A stretch of DNA of 64,000 bases from Klebsormidium nitens (taxonomy: Eukaryota; Plantae; Klebsormidiophyceae). Positions within the stretch are counted from its first letter, which is position 1. Each line of letters starts with the position of its first letter. Both the position numbers and the translations under genes were made by a program. The notes beneath the pieces are model-generated. The model was not told the DNA's origin. It saw only the letters and a program-made list of their open reading frames with translations, and made no database searches. This document shows, in pieces, positions 35,070 through 46,969 of the stretch. The DNA lies in NCBI GenBank assembly GCA_000708835.1, contig DF236973.1:302436-366435 (forward strand). The letters are read 5' to 3'.

Positions 35070-38000
35070 ATGGCAGGCAAGAAGCAGGCTGGGCGCCCTT
35101 CTCCCAAAGGGCAGGGGAAGAAGAAGAAGAAAGAGCAGCCTGTGCCGGTGGTGGACATTCCGGACGAAGATGTTGCGGTTTCTGATGAAGACGTTGAGTT
35201 TTTCAGCCGCGGCAAGGGGCACGCATTCCTTGCAAAGCTCGATCCATCCAAGTTGGAGCAAGGGAAGAAGGTATGGCTTTCCGAATATGCAATTCGTAGG
35301 AACGTGTTTATCTGCTGCAGAACCAGGCTCTTGTGGTAAATGTAAACTCCAAGTTTTGGTAATGGTGGAATGCAATTGAACACCTTGCCTTTCCAGTGGT
35401 GCATTTTATTGTGAGGAGTTTGCACAAGAACCTGTCACAGTGTAAGGAGTGCGACTATTGATGTCCAGTGGTGGTGCTAAATATGCTACTGGCGTTCCAC
35501 ATAAGTTATACGATCTATTCAGAAACGTTGTGTTTGTAATGTTCATGATGGTGGTGGTGGGCGCTTTCAAGGAACACAAAAGCCTGTATACGTCATTCAA
35601 AACCCTTGAGATCATGTTTCTTCACTTCAACTGCAATTCTTCAGCCCCAGTTTTGAAGCTACTCAATATTGACTGCCACCACGAACATGCAGCTCAATAG
35701 AAGACCACTTCGAAGAAGCCGAATCCCCTTGACAACTGATCCAATGAAGCAGACACAGTCATTTTCTGACACTGCCAAGGCCTTCTGACAAGCCAACACG
35801 TTTTACAGGCGAAATCAAAGACCAAAGAGACGCCAGAAGATTACTATGCTCGCTTAGCCCGGCAGGATGAGAGGGGAGAAGAGGATATGGGCAAAAGCTA
35901 CGGGCCAGAGGATGTTCTGCCAATCAAAACGCTTGGAGGAGAGTTGCAGTACCGCAGTTTGGAGAAACTAGAGGAGGCAGAAGATGGACCGACCACAGTC
36001 GAGGACCGGAGGGCAGCGCTCAAGCGGAAGAAAGGGGAAGCGGAGGGGGAGGAGAAAGAGGATGATAAGGAAACAGAGGGTGCGGAGATTGAAGCGGAGG
36101 GGCGAAAGTCGAAGAAGCAGCGCAGGGAGGATGTGAAGAAGCAGAAGCGAGAGGAGAAGAAGAAGAAGGAGGAGGGGCCTGAGAAGGGAAAGAAAGAGGG
36201 GCGGGAGATTGAAGTGGAAGGAGAGGCGGATGACGAGGGAGCAGAGGGTGCCGAGGAGGACGGGCTGACAGTCCCAACGCAAGAAGATATCGTGAGGCAC
36301 ACGCCTTCTTGTTTTGAAATGCCAGATGCACAAACCATTGTTGATCTTTGTCCATTCATTGTTTCAAACAGGGACTGGGTTGGACACCCGGGACACCTGC
36401 AATGGGATCTAACTTCTTTCCAACACGAGTCCAAATTGAAAGAGCTAAGGTAATTTGACGTAATCTCAATGTGGGTTGCAATCTCAGCCTATTCTGTCTT
36501 GATAGAAGCCGTAGTGAGATCCGTCGTCGGTGGCTTTGTGGATGGCAAATACCTGAGACAAGCTCTTGACAGTGGATCAATCACGGGGTCTTGGCACAGC
36601 CAGCTGATGTCAAGTGCATCCGCATTCCTTCTTGAGGCTGTCATCAGCAGGCGACTCTTGCACAGAGAACCTAGGGAGTAATAGATCACCCCCACGCTTT
36701 TTCATTGGACTGCTAGATGCTTCTGTTCTTTCTCAGCCTTCTGTTTGGCGTGTTTTCTTATCTATGCTAGCTTGCCGCTGCGCACCAATGTGCCTCGGCT
36801 CCGAAGCATACTCTGGCACTGTCTCAAAATCCGGAAGACCTTGTTGGAGAGATTCATCGAGAAGTCGGCTTTCTCCCTTCTCAACAATTGTTTGTTTTCG
36901 TCCCTAGGTTGCATCGCTGCGCGAGTATGCCTAAAACCAGGAGAGCCGTCTGTTGGTGCGGCTGCGCATGGCGGAGACGCCGTTTCTTCGCTCATAAACC
37001 AACACTTTTTGTCGTCCCTAGGTTGCGTCGCTGCGCGAGTATGCCTCGGTTCAGGAGCGCCGTCCGGCGCTGCGTCTGCGTATGGCGGAAATTGGGACGT
37101 CGCTGCTGGCGGACCCTGAGGGGCACATGGGCGCACTCAAGGAGCTGCTGCAGATGTGCGACGATGACGACGTCGAGGTGGCGCAGCTGGCGATGCTCTC
37201 GGCAATGGCTGTCTTCAAGGACATCTGTCCAGGGTGGGTTTTTGATCCCCATTTGGGCTTGGAACTCAGTCCTATTCTCTTCTGACGGCCAAAATTTGTG
37301 TGCAGCTTCGCTCTGTCCCATTTGGGACTTGTTGCTTTCGGAGTTCGGGAGCCCTTTTCCAGAGATTTCCCCACCAACAAATGAGGCGGACTGACAGAAA
37401 GGCCAGAATGACGGGATCACCTGGTTCTAGTCCGAACGATTATTCTGACGGTTAGTTAACCCGCGCGTGAGTGCCAATAGCTTCGAAGTCACCACTTCTG
37501 ACTCGCCATCAAGATGCCAAGCTCCGATGACACTTTGACGCCATGCTGTCATCAGGTACCGGATACGGCTGCCCACGGCCAAGGAGCTCGACGTGAAGGT
37601 CTCGAAGGAGGTTCTCAAGCTGCGCCAGTTTGAGGCCAGCCTCCTGCACGCTTACCGGGTGAGGCCCCGCTTCTAGTTGCAACACTTTAGAAGGTTCGAC
37701 AGGACAACGAGAATCTCACGGGGAAGCGCATGATACCACTTATGCAAGCATCGGTATGATCTTTGTTGACGCAGCGGGCCTTTGTTCGCTCCAAATTTTT
37801 ATAGGTGAACGAAGATGGTCGTTCTCTCTCGTCAATCTTTGTGGACATTATTCCACAAGTATCAGTGAAGGTTTGCATACTCTCAACAAAACATATCTGT
37901 CGGCTTAAAATGTCCCCCCGCACCCCCTGCACTGGTAACATACTTCCAGCAGCTTGTCACGAAGCTCTTCAAGACCGCATCCCTCCCTCTGGCAGTTTAC

Positions 38001-41000
38001 TGCTCGACACCTTACATTTCGTTTTTGAAGACGACCCTTTAGTGACACCAGCGCTGGGCTGATTCTATTGCTAACGGCAACTTCCTTTCCTGGCAGTCGT
38101 ACCTCCAGCACTTTGTTTCGGCCGCCAACTCCTCCCCCATTTGTTGCACGCAGCAAGCCGTTGATGCTATTGCAGACCGCAACTCTGTTTCCTGGCAGTC
38201 TTACGTCCAGCAACTTGTCAAGGCCGCCAAGTCCCACCCCCTGCGGCGCGCGGCGGTGCGAGCGCTGGCCGGGCTGTTGGTCGCCCTCCCCCACTTCAAC
38301 CTGCGCGAGAGCCTGCTCCAGGCGCTCGTCCCGCGCATGGACGCGGCGGATGACGTCATCAGCGGCCAGTGCTGTGGAGCGCTGCGGGATCTGTTTGCGG
38401 GGCGGGGGACCGCGCACCAGGAGGCGGCGCTCGAGGCGGTGCAGCTGATTGCGGACTTCGTGAGTCACTTTCCCAGCAGATTTCGACTGTGCTATTGTGA
38501 AAAGTTTTGGAAGTCGTTCAAACTTTTTATTCCCAGCAGTCCGATGCGGTTTGACGCATAGATATGGGCGTGCCGATTCCACGCTTCGGATAGGGAACGG
38601 CTTTTGGAGCCCTGCCCGTTGCAAAGATTCGCAATGATTGCCCGATACATCCTGATACGAGCTGCAGGATTTGAAGAGTTTGGGGATCCACAGCTGATCG
38701 AACAAAACCCATTTATTGCGAACGGTGAAGGTTTTGTGATGTACGTATCGCCGAATGTGTTCAGGAAATTTGCCATGCTCTTCACTTTGCTTGCTCAAGG
38801 GGTCGGTCAACCGAGACTTTTCAGCCCTCAGTAGCTTACTTTCTAAGCACTGTACCCCCCGTTCTCCTGAGCGTTGGTGGTCAAGCCAAAGTGCTGCTAC
38901 AACATGTGTCAACAAAAGCGAGCGTGATTGAACGCCGTCTCTTCCTCTGCGCAGGTCCGGCAGCGTGCGTGCAGAGTCCACCCTGACGTCATCCGCGTCT
39001 ACCTCAACCTGCGCTTCGACGAAGACCTGGGGCGGTCTTCGGGCACCGGCGAGAAGGCTAACGCTGGTGAGTTTAGTCGGCAGCACTTTTTTAGTCGCAA
39101 GAGGGTCTAATCTAGTAAAGGCGCCAATTCATTGATTTGCAACAACTTCAAGGATTTCCCTTCTTTCCTTTTCACTTTCCTTTTCGTACTTTTTGTGACG
39201 ATGAGCAGCGCCCTTAGTAACATTTTATACCGTCACTCTAGCCGAGATTCTGTGCAGGCAAGGTTCATTTTTATTGAGTCAACTGAGGTGACTCCTCAAA
39301 GAACAGCGAATCATTGTCTTCCTTGCTGGCAACCAGGATCTTTAAAAGGTGTTAGCGAGTCAGTTGACAAACATGCTTGGTTGCAGGCGAGTTTCTGCAC
39401 TGCCTCATTCTAGTCCTTCTCTTGGAACTAACTGATTGGTGGTCAGACCAGCTTATGCTTTCGCCCTCTCAATCTAAGTAAGGGGTCCAAGAAGGCGCCT
39501 CAGCTGGGAAGGAGGAAGCAACAGTAGAACTTTCCGAGGTCAATCCGACTGTTTGCGAGGCAAAGTTTGTCCCGCCAATGTTCGCGTGGCACAGGACCTT
39601 CAGCAATTTCTGGTCGTCCGCATCGTTGATGCTTGCTCCTTCGCATGGAAGGAGGCCTCCAAACTGGACACTCGTAATGCCGCTGCCACTTTACAGGAAG
39701 AAGCGGAGTCGGACGTTCCGAGAAGCCCAGACCGTCTTGGCACCGTCCGAGTAGGCAGGAGATGAAGCAAACCGTGGTAGCCGGTTTTGAAAGTTACTCC
39801 ATACCCAAAACTCAATCCTGACCCTTCTTCGCCCCTTTGCAGGCAAGGTTTCGAAAAAGGCCGCCAAGCTGGAGAAGCGCAAGCTCGCCGCCAAGCTGCG
39901 GAAAGAAGTCGAGTCGGACGTCCGGGAAGCGGAGGCCGTCCTGGTGCCGTCCGAACGGCGCAAGCTCCAGAGCCAAACGGTGGCCGCCGTGTTCGAAACG
40001 TATTTCCGGGTGCTGAAAGATGCGGACAGTGGGAGCACCAGTCTGCTGTCCGTTGGGGACGGCTCAGCGGCGAAGGGTTTGGGGCCGCGGCCGCTGCTGG
40101 GGGCGGCGCTCGAGGGACTGGCGAAGCTGAGCCATCTGATCAGGTGGGTTGGCTTGTACCCGCTCTAATTCTTCTGAGAGCAATTGCGGGAAAGTAGGGA
40201 CATGATTGAGGCTTCTCTTGGCTGATGTGGCGCTCGAAGGGCTTGCGAAGCTGAGCCATCTGATCAGGTGGGTTGGCTTGTACCCGCTCTACTTCATGTG
40301 AAAGCAATTGAGGGGGGAGTGGGGACAGGGTTAAGGTTTTTCTTGGCTGGGGCGGCGCTCGAGGGGCCGGCGAAGCTGAAAGATCTGATCAGGTCGGTTG
40401 GTTTGTACTCGCTCTAGTTCATGTAAAAGCGTTCGAGGAGGGAGAGGGGACAGGATTGAGGTTTCTATTGGCTGAGGTGGCGCTCGAGGGGCTGGCGAAG
40501 CTGAGCCATCTGATCTGGTGGGTTAGCCTGTACTAGCTCTCCTTCTGTTTTTGGGGTTTCTTGGGGACTGAGCCATCTGCTCAGGTTGGTTGACATTGTA
40601 CCAGCTATTCTCTTTAGCAATTGCAAGTCTTTGCGGTGGAGCGCAGTGAGAGGGGGTATAGCCCAGTTGCCTCGTTTGAAGAGCCTGTTTCATGCTGTCT
40701 GGAGGCCTTTTGCTGCTTTTAGCTCCGGTTGAATGCTGCCACCTGCTGATGAGAACCCCATCAATGAAGCGTTTCATTCAAGATTTTTGCCATGTCTTGC
40801 ATCGGCGAAGCGCATTGCATGCATCATCGCACTGGTTTGGGCTTTCAAAGTTTCGTGGCTGGCTGGTTGCGATGTTCCTTTAGTGGTTGAGCGATCCGGC
40901 TCGCTGGATAGTCGCTCACTTTGAAAATCTTTCGTCGAATATGAATTGATTTGAGTAGCATTGGAGGATTTTAGCGCTAACTTACTTCTCTTATTTCCAA

Positions 41001-44000
41001 ACCAATGGCTTGGCACTCTGAAGGGGAGTCTCGGCTGGTATTACCTCATTGACGTTGTCGTTTCCAAGACTGAACATGATGGGATCGAAGTTAAGCGTGC
41101 AGTAATGAAGGTTTGGCTTCCCTACTCGAAAACCAGATCCAATCTCATTTGATGCTGCTTCTTGTACTCTGTGGAGGAGATCTTCTCCACAGTCCTTGTG
41201 ATTTTGAGGTGCAGGTCCTGAAATTGACTGTGCATGTGTCCACAAGCTCGGGAGTCTTGCCCCAAAAAACATAAAAGTGCACGAGTGGGCTTCGCTCCTT
41301 TCGTCGTGCCTTCTTCATCCCGTTTCAATAGCGCCACCATTTGAAATCAGCAATGATGGTCAGGACATGGCACTCTTTGAAGTACCACACTTCCTCTTGG
41401 TAAGGTCCTGATGCTGCTCACGGTGAAACATGCAAAGGAGGAAGTTCCGCAAAGCTTCTCCGCTCTTATAAGCTCCAAGTATTGGCTTTCCCTTTGAGGG
41501 TAAGCTGTTATACACAAAGTGGGCGCATGACTAGGATGACGTCACTTTCGCAATCAGTGGGTGAATCTGCGTTCCTCAGCGAACGTCGAAGCTTTGGCAG
41601 CTTCAAGCACGTTGAATGCTCGTATGGGCGAAGCATGCGTGGATATCTGGAGAGTCGATGAGTCAAACATTTAGTAAGGATGCAACATTGCGGATCTTAC
41701 GATAGAAGGGTGCCTTTTCAAGTTTTTCAAGCCGCTTGTCAAAGCAAGGACGTTCCAAACTTGGCTTACCGAGAAGGTCGCCAGACTTGCATGATAGTCC
41801 TCTGATGCTGCTTGATGCTGCGTGGTCGCCTTGGTAGCGACGCTGAGCAGGGGGTAGTACAGTGCCAATCAAATCTCATCAGAGATGCCCCCTCTGCAAG
41901 CCGCGTCCTCTTTGCGATCGTGGTTACCTTTGTCTTTCTCGTCACACCTCTGGCTGAGTATCACATTGCTTGCTCGGATTCCCATTTCCGGCAGTGGCGA
42001 ACCGTTTCGCCCTTTGAATCGGGATTAGAGACGTCCGACCATCTGTAAAACATTCTCTTTGGGATCGTCAAAGCCCCTTTTGATCTGGCTTGTCGTTGAG
42101 GTATCTTGTCCATTTCGAGAGTTGGCCCTTTTGCCAATCTCCGGGTGTTTCATGCGGCAAGGAGGAGAAGACTTTGGCGGCTAAAGTCTGGTCGAGTTTT
42201 CGGATGCCTTTGAGCCGCTTTGTGTGGAAAGCGTGTTTTTCTGATAAGGTGTCTTGGCCCTTGTCTCCGAGAAGCCCCCACTCAACCTACTTTTTGAACA
42301 TGGTGGATTTGGGCAACCTGATGCAGCAAGTCGGTACGTCAATGCGTTTGGTCCTTCTAAAATCGATCCTGGGCGCCAGAACAACGGCCTGATGCAACTA
42401 TTGGCCTGTATAAAAACAAGCAGCAGTGATTATTTGTTCCTGGCTTGTGGATACAATAGCCATCTACGCTTCTTCGCCTGATGCTGCTTGAGAACAAGAT
42501 TCCCATTGCGATCAGGTGACTCTTTGGTGCGCCAACGCTTGGCGGGTATTGATTGTTAGGAAAATGTCTTGCACAAATCAAGTGTTCAAACCATTATATC
42601 TAGTGGCGTGCTCGTTTTCTCAACGCGTTGGAAGATTGGTAAGCAGGCAGTACTCACTCGCTTGATGAGACAAGATGCCGGACTATGAGGTCTGTGGAAG
42701 GATTCTGTGCATCTATGTTTTGCGGCCATTCAGCCACACCGCCTTTGTACGGCTGCGAACGCTACATTTGACGACTCTTGAAACATAAAAAGTTGCTTCG
42801 CATCCAGACCTTACCTTCCTCGGTTGGTGGCTGGGTCGGTTACCTCGACCCTTTTCCAGACCGTAACGCAAGGGCTCTGCTCTGAATGCGGCAATGACGT
42901 TTGCTGATTGGCTTTCTTGCGGAGCCAGCCAAGGCGTTTTCCCGGAGCTGCTCATGTGCTGAAAGGAAGGGTCAGCCTGAGAACCTCACAGGATTCTCGA
43001 ACGCCCCTCTCGGTTGTTGCTGAAGAAGTAAAGTCTTTTAAAGAAGGTCAAACCCGGCAGCGAGGTTGACCCGATCATTGACTCAATACACAAATGTCAT
43101 ACGTCGGAGCAGGAATCCCGCAGCTGCGTTGGAAGAGTCGGTTGATGGTTCCCTCCTTACATGCTCAGCCTTGAAAGGTCCATTTGTTTATTTGGTTGTC
43201 CTTTTGAAATGCCTTCTTGGTGTCGTGGCTTACGTACGTTCCTTTGATCCCAAGGTTCTGGAAGCAGACAGTTGTCTCCGTGTGCAAGGGCTGAAGTCGC
43301 CCATGGAATGAGGGGTCTGCTGGATCGAAGCTTGCTTGGACGATTGTTCGTCTATGTTTCTGTTCTGCCATATATCTCCCTGATCTAGGAACCTCCTTCA
43401 AGGTTGCAGACTTCGTTTTCTTGACCCACTTCCAATCAGTGTGCCCTTGCGTGTACTCATATGAGCCACAGCTTGACATGTGAGACAGAGCTTGATGGTT
43501 TTGTGGTGTTCCTTGGGAACTCCACACAGTTTTTTTGCTGTGATATGTTTCGCCCTTCACATTCGCGCGTCATCTTCTGGATGCTCTGATTCGAACGTCC
43601 ACGCTCTTATGTATCCCTTCAAGCGCATCCATGTTGGCCACTTTGGCACTTGTGGTGCAAGGCCAAATATGATCGCGCCCGTGATGCTGCTCCTGGGCCT
43701 CTCTTTAAATTTGAAAAGCTCACACTGGCAATCAAAGACGCCGTTTTCCGCGTCAAACACGCTAACGTTGCTCCCCCTCGGCCTATTGTTTGCATGCCCT
43801 GTGCACAACCTTGTCAGACTGTTAGAAAAGCTTCGCAAAAACATTCCGCGCCTGTTGGCTCGTATGACCGCTCAAGATGTCAATCACCACATGCAGCGAT
43901 GCCAAACCGAGCAAATGTATATTAGCGGGCAGTAGTCCACTGCAGGTTGGGAGATACTTGCGTGCCTGAAGTCTCCTGGCGCGATAGTCACCTTTCGAGG

Positions 44001-46929
44001 CCACGTCCGAAACCGTATTGCGTCTGTAGAGTATCTTGGAAGCTTTCGTGTGTGCATGCGGCAAAGATGCGGGCTACCGGCATCTTTAAGTGAAGCCAGA
44101 GCCTGTCTTCCGGAGCTGAGCTGTAGCACACCTGTCGGACAAACAATTGCTAGCAAGTGTCTCTGAAGAAGCTTGGCTATTCGTGTAACAGAAGGGACTC
44201 TTTACAGAGTCGCTCTGTCGTGCCAAGCTCTGGCTGCGCTGGTCTTTCTCATCGTCCCCTTAATTTTTCTTTTTTATATTCGCTTTCTCTGCCATGCACT
44301 TTGCCGTCTGAGCTTCAAAGAATTTGACTAGAGACACACTTTCGTCCTTCCTTGACCAGGAAAGCAAGCTGTTGAAGCCAAACCTCTGTCCATTTCAGTG
44401 ACGGACCAGTGTAGTTTGCGTCTGACGCCTTTCCCTCACCTTCCTTCCGCAGTGTCGATTTCATGGGCGACTTATTGGAAGTTCTGCGCCGCCTCGCGCT
44501 GGGGGGCGCCGCGCGCCTGCTGGACGACACCCCCGACCCGGAAACCCCCCCGGAGGTGGACGATGACGTCAGCCTGACGCCAGACGAGCAGCTGCAGTGC
44601 TGCGTGGCAGCGTTCCGCATCGTCAAGGGCGCGCTCGACGCGCTCAACGTGGACCTGCGCGACTTCTACGTGCGGCTGTATCAGCTGCTGCCGGAGGTGC
44701 CCTTCGAAAACAGGTAGGGCTTTTGTACTTTTTGGTTGGCTTCAGATAGGGTTTTGGGCTACGGTTAACGAGGCATTGGGCCTTCCTTGGGCGTCAGTCT
44801 CGAAAAGGAACTTTTACTGGCGGCCCTACCAGCTGCTTCCGGAGGTGACCTTTAAGAAAAGGTGAGAATTTGATGTGTTTGAGGTTCTGGGTTTTCTCGT
44901 ACTTGGTGGAAGTTCGCGGTTGGGAGTCTGCCCGCTTCTGTGCGCATCTTCATCAGTTGCTGTCAGAGGTGCCCTGGATTGCAAGTTGTCCCACATGTCT
45001 TTTAGAATCTGTGCCACACTTATGGGGTTTATTGGAAGGGCTTTCCAGGTGCTTCGCGTTTCTTATCGCGCTCTATGTGACCCATGCGGGGGGCTCTGCC
45101 AGCTGCTGAAAAAATTTGCCTTCACGTTTGGGTGCGGCGATCTTACCATTCAACACTCACCGTTAATAATCCATTGCGATTTGGATCATCGCAAGCCATC
45201 GATTCAAATGTAGAGATGCAGAATACTTGCAGAGTATTCAACTCTGCTTTTTCTCCCTCCTTGCAGCGAAATTTTGGGTCCCCCCCGGGGCAGGCCCTTG
45301 AGAGCACTCTATGGGGGCCTCTCAAATCCCATCTGTCAAATCTTTTGTACCAGATCATCCCAAAATTCCTGAAACCCATTGACCTGTAACCTAACTCCTT
45401 TTTGTCTCTTCCAGCGACACTCTGGGCCCCGCCCTGGCCCAAGCGCTCGAGAGCACTTTATGGGAGGCTCGCCAAGTGGACCAGGGCCGCGTCGCGGGTT
45501 TTGCCAAGCGGCTTGCGGGGGGTTCCCTCGCCACCACCGACACTGCCGCTGCAGTCGCGGAGCTGATCGCGCTTCGGCGGCTGTTGCAGCGCCACCCGAA
45601 AGTGGGCTCTGGGATGCTGGATACGGAAGGGGGAGGGGGGCTTACGGTGAGGGACTTACCTCTCCTTTGCTGGATGTAGTGTTTTTCAAGTTCGTGATTC
45701 TGTTTGAGCACGCTTCGGGCCTTCGAGGTGTCCTCCATCATGCTGGAATGAAAGGGGGAGGCTTAAGGTAAATTGACTACTACTTCGTTGCTGTTTATTT
45801 CTTCCTTCGGTCAAGAAAAAGGAGAAAGCCGTGCTTTGCAAAATTCCGGTTGTGGTCCGGTAAGTTTTTTGGTCCCTGGCCCCTATCATGCTTGTGAAGT
45901 ACCTGCAGCAGCAGCAAAGTGGCGATAATGTATAATCACTTAGAAAAGAGCAGCGGTCTTCCGTTGACGTTAGAGTCTCATGACACCGTCAGTGAAAAGA
46001 AGGGGAAAGCGACACCCTTCGTAAAAAGAAGGGGAAAGCGTTGGATAACAAGAGCCTTTACGATTTTTTGCTCGGCAGAATCATGGATTCATTGCCTGCT
46101 CTTAAACGGGGGATATTGGTGACGAACGGCTGTTTTCGTACACCTTGGAGGCCAACCCGCCGGAAAGTCAACAGATTAACTCATGAAAGCGCTCAAGGAA
46201 CCTCGCTGGCTTTGCGCTGAGGAGTCCACGTCAGCCGCTGACGTCCGTCGTCTTTTGCAGGTATACCGCCCCGAGGCTCCCGACCCCGAGAGCAGCGGCG
46301 CGCTTGCGTCGTGCCTGTGGGAGCTGTCCCTGTTAACCCGCCACTTCCACCCCGCGATCGCCAGGCTGGCAGCTGACGTGGCAGCCCTGGCGTCCTCCCG
46401 GGATGCAACCGGTTACCTCGGCCTTACTCCGACCGAGGCAGTCACCGCTTACAGCACGGCTGGGGGGGGCTTCCGACCGGGGATTAAGGCCCCCCGGAAG
46501 AAAGGAAATGCGGGCGGGGGCGGAAAGAGAAAACCCGGGTTTGGTGACGCGTTTGCGAAGTTAGTGGAGGAGAACGAAGTGGGGGGGAGTGGAAGAGGGG
46601 GAAACCAGGGGGGTGGTGAGGAGTTGGTCGGGAGAGCGTTTAGGGTTATGTTTAGGGAGGTTAGGGATCACCGGGACAACTTGGCGCTGAGACGAGAGCA
46701 GCGGAGAGTGGCGGCACTGCAGGCCAAGATGCGGGAGCGGGCGGAACAGCAAGCGAAGCGGAAACGGAAGACGGAACGGATCGCGAATGGTAGTGTAGGA
46801 GGGGTGAATGGAGGGGAGGGCCTTAAGAAGAGCGTTAGAAGAAGAGGACGGTCGAAGGGTCAGAACAAAAGCAAGGCAAGCAGAAAAAGCGAAGCAAACA
46901 GTGAAGGGATGGAAGAAGGTGCCCATTGA
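35070..46929 (+). CDS. NOC3: Nucleolar complex protein 3 (NOC3) homolog, ~944 aa; join(35070..35270,35809..36291,37022..37233,37556..37658,38199..38459,38955..39066,39843..40143,44453..44713,45415..45646,46261..46929)
   Basis: Ten exons join in frame (2835 nt). NOC3 motifs include LLADPE...LKELL, AVFKDICPG|YRIRLPT.KEL..KVSKEV.KLR.FE..LL..Y, LPHFNLRE, AVFETYFRVLK, ALEGLAKLSHLI, DFMGDLL, RVAGFAKRL and YRPEAPDPESSGALASCLWELSLLTRHFHP (CBF/Mak21-type C-terminus). Confidence 0.95.
36760..37095 (+). repeat. ~115-bp echoes of the NOC3 exon 3 acceptor junction
   Basis: The functional GTCGTCCCTAG|GTTGCGTCGCTGCGCGAGTATGCC (37021/37022) is preceded by TTCGTCCCTAG GTTGCATCGCTGCGCGAGTATGCCTAA (AG at ~36906) and a more decayed CTAGCTTGCCGCTGCGC...ATGTGCCTCGG (~36767). 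Confidence 0.85.
37925..38235 (+). repeat. ~101-bp echoes of the NOC3 exon 5 acceptor junction
   Basis: The functional TTTCCTGGCAG|TCTTACGTCCAGCAACTTGTCAAGGCCGCC (AG 38197-8) is echoed at AG 38095-6 (TTTCCTGGCAG TCGTACCTCCAGCACTTTGTTTCGGCCGCC) and AG 37994-5 (CCTCTGGCAG TTTAC). Confidence 0.8.
39480..39960 (+). repeat. Decayed echoes of the NOC3 exon 7 start inside intron 6
   Basis: 39640-39750 (translates ..KEASKLDTRNAAATLQEEAESDV..) parallels exon 7 (..KKAAKLEKRKLAAKLRKEVESDV..). A weaker copy AAGGGGTCCAAGAAGGCGCCTCAGCTGGGAAGG lies at ~39480. Confidence 0.7.
40090..40605 (+). repeat. ~124-bp tandem echoes (functional + 4 copies) of the NOC3 exon 7 donor junction
   Basis: GGCGCTCGAGGG.CTGGCGAAGCTGAGCCATCTGATCAG|GTGGGTTGGCTTGTACCCGCTCT; donor or pseudo-donor positions 40144 (functional), 40268, 40393, 40518 and 40585. 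Confidence 0.9.
44675..44990 (+). repeat. Echoes of the NOC3 exon 8 donor junction
   Basis: The functional TATCAGCTGCTGCCGGAGGTGCCCTTCGAAAACAG|GTAGGG (44714) recurs as TACCAGCTGCTTCCGGAGGTGACCTTTAAGAAAAG GTGAGA (44862) and CATCAGTTGCTGTCAGAGGTGCCCTGGATTGCAAG TT (~44985, donor lost). Confidence 0.8.
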
Positions 46930-46969
46930 ATCTTAAATCAGATATTCCGACCAAGATGTGAGCTTCTAC

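Noticed and set aside
37905-39086. 393-aa minus-strand ORF
   Set aside because: Antisense to NOC3 exons 5-6 and their introns; no independent motif.
40090-40605. Possible CRISPR array (repeat plus semi-variable spacer)
   Set aside because: The repeat is the NOC3 exon end plus splice donor, the spacers are homologous to each other, there are no cas genes, and the context is eukaryotic.
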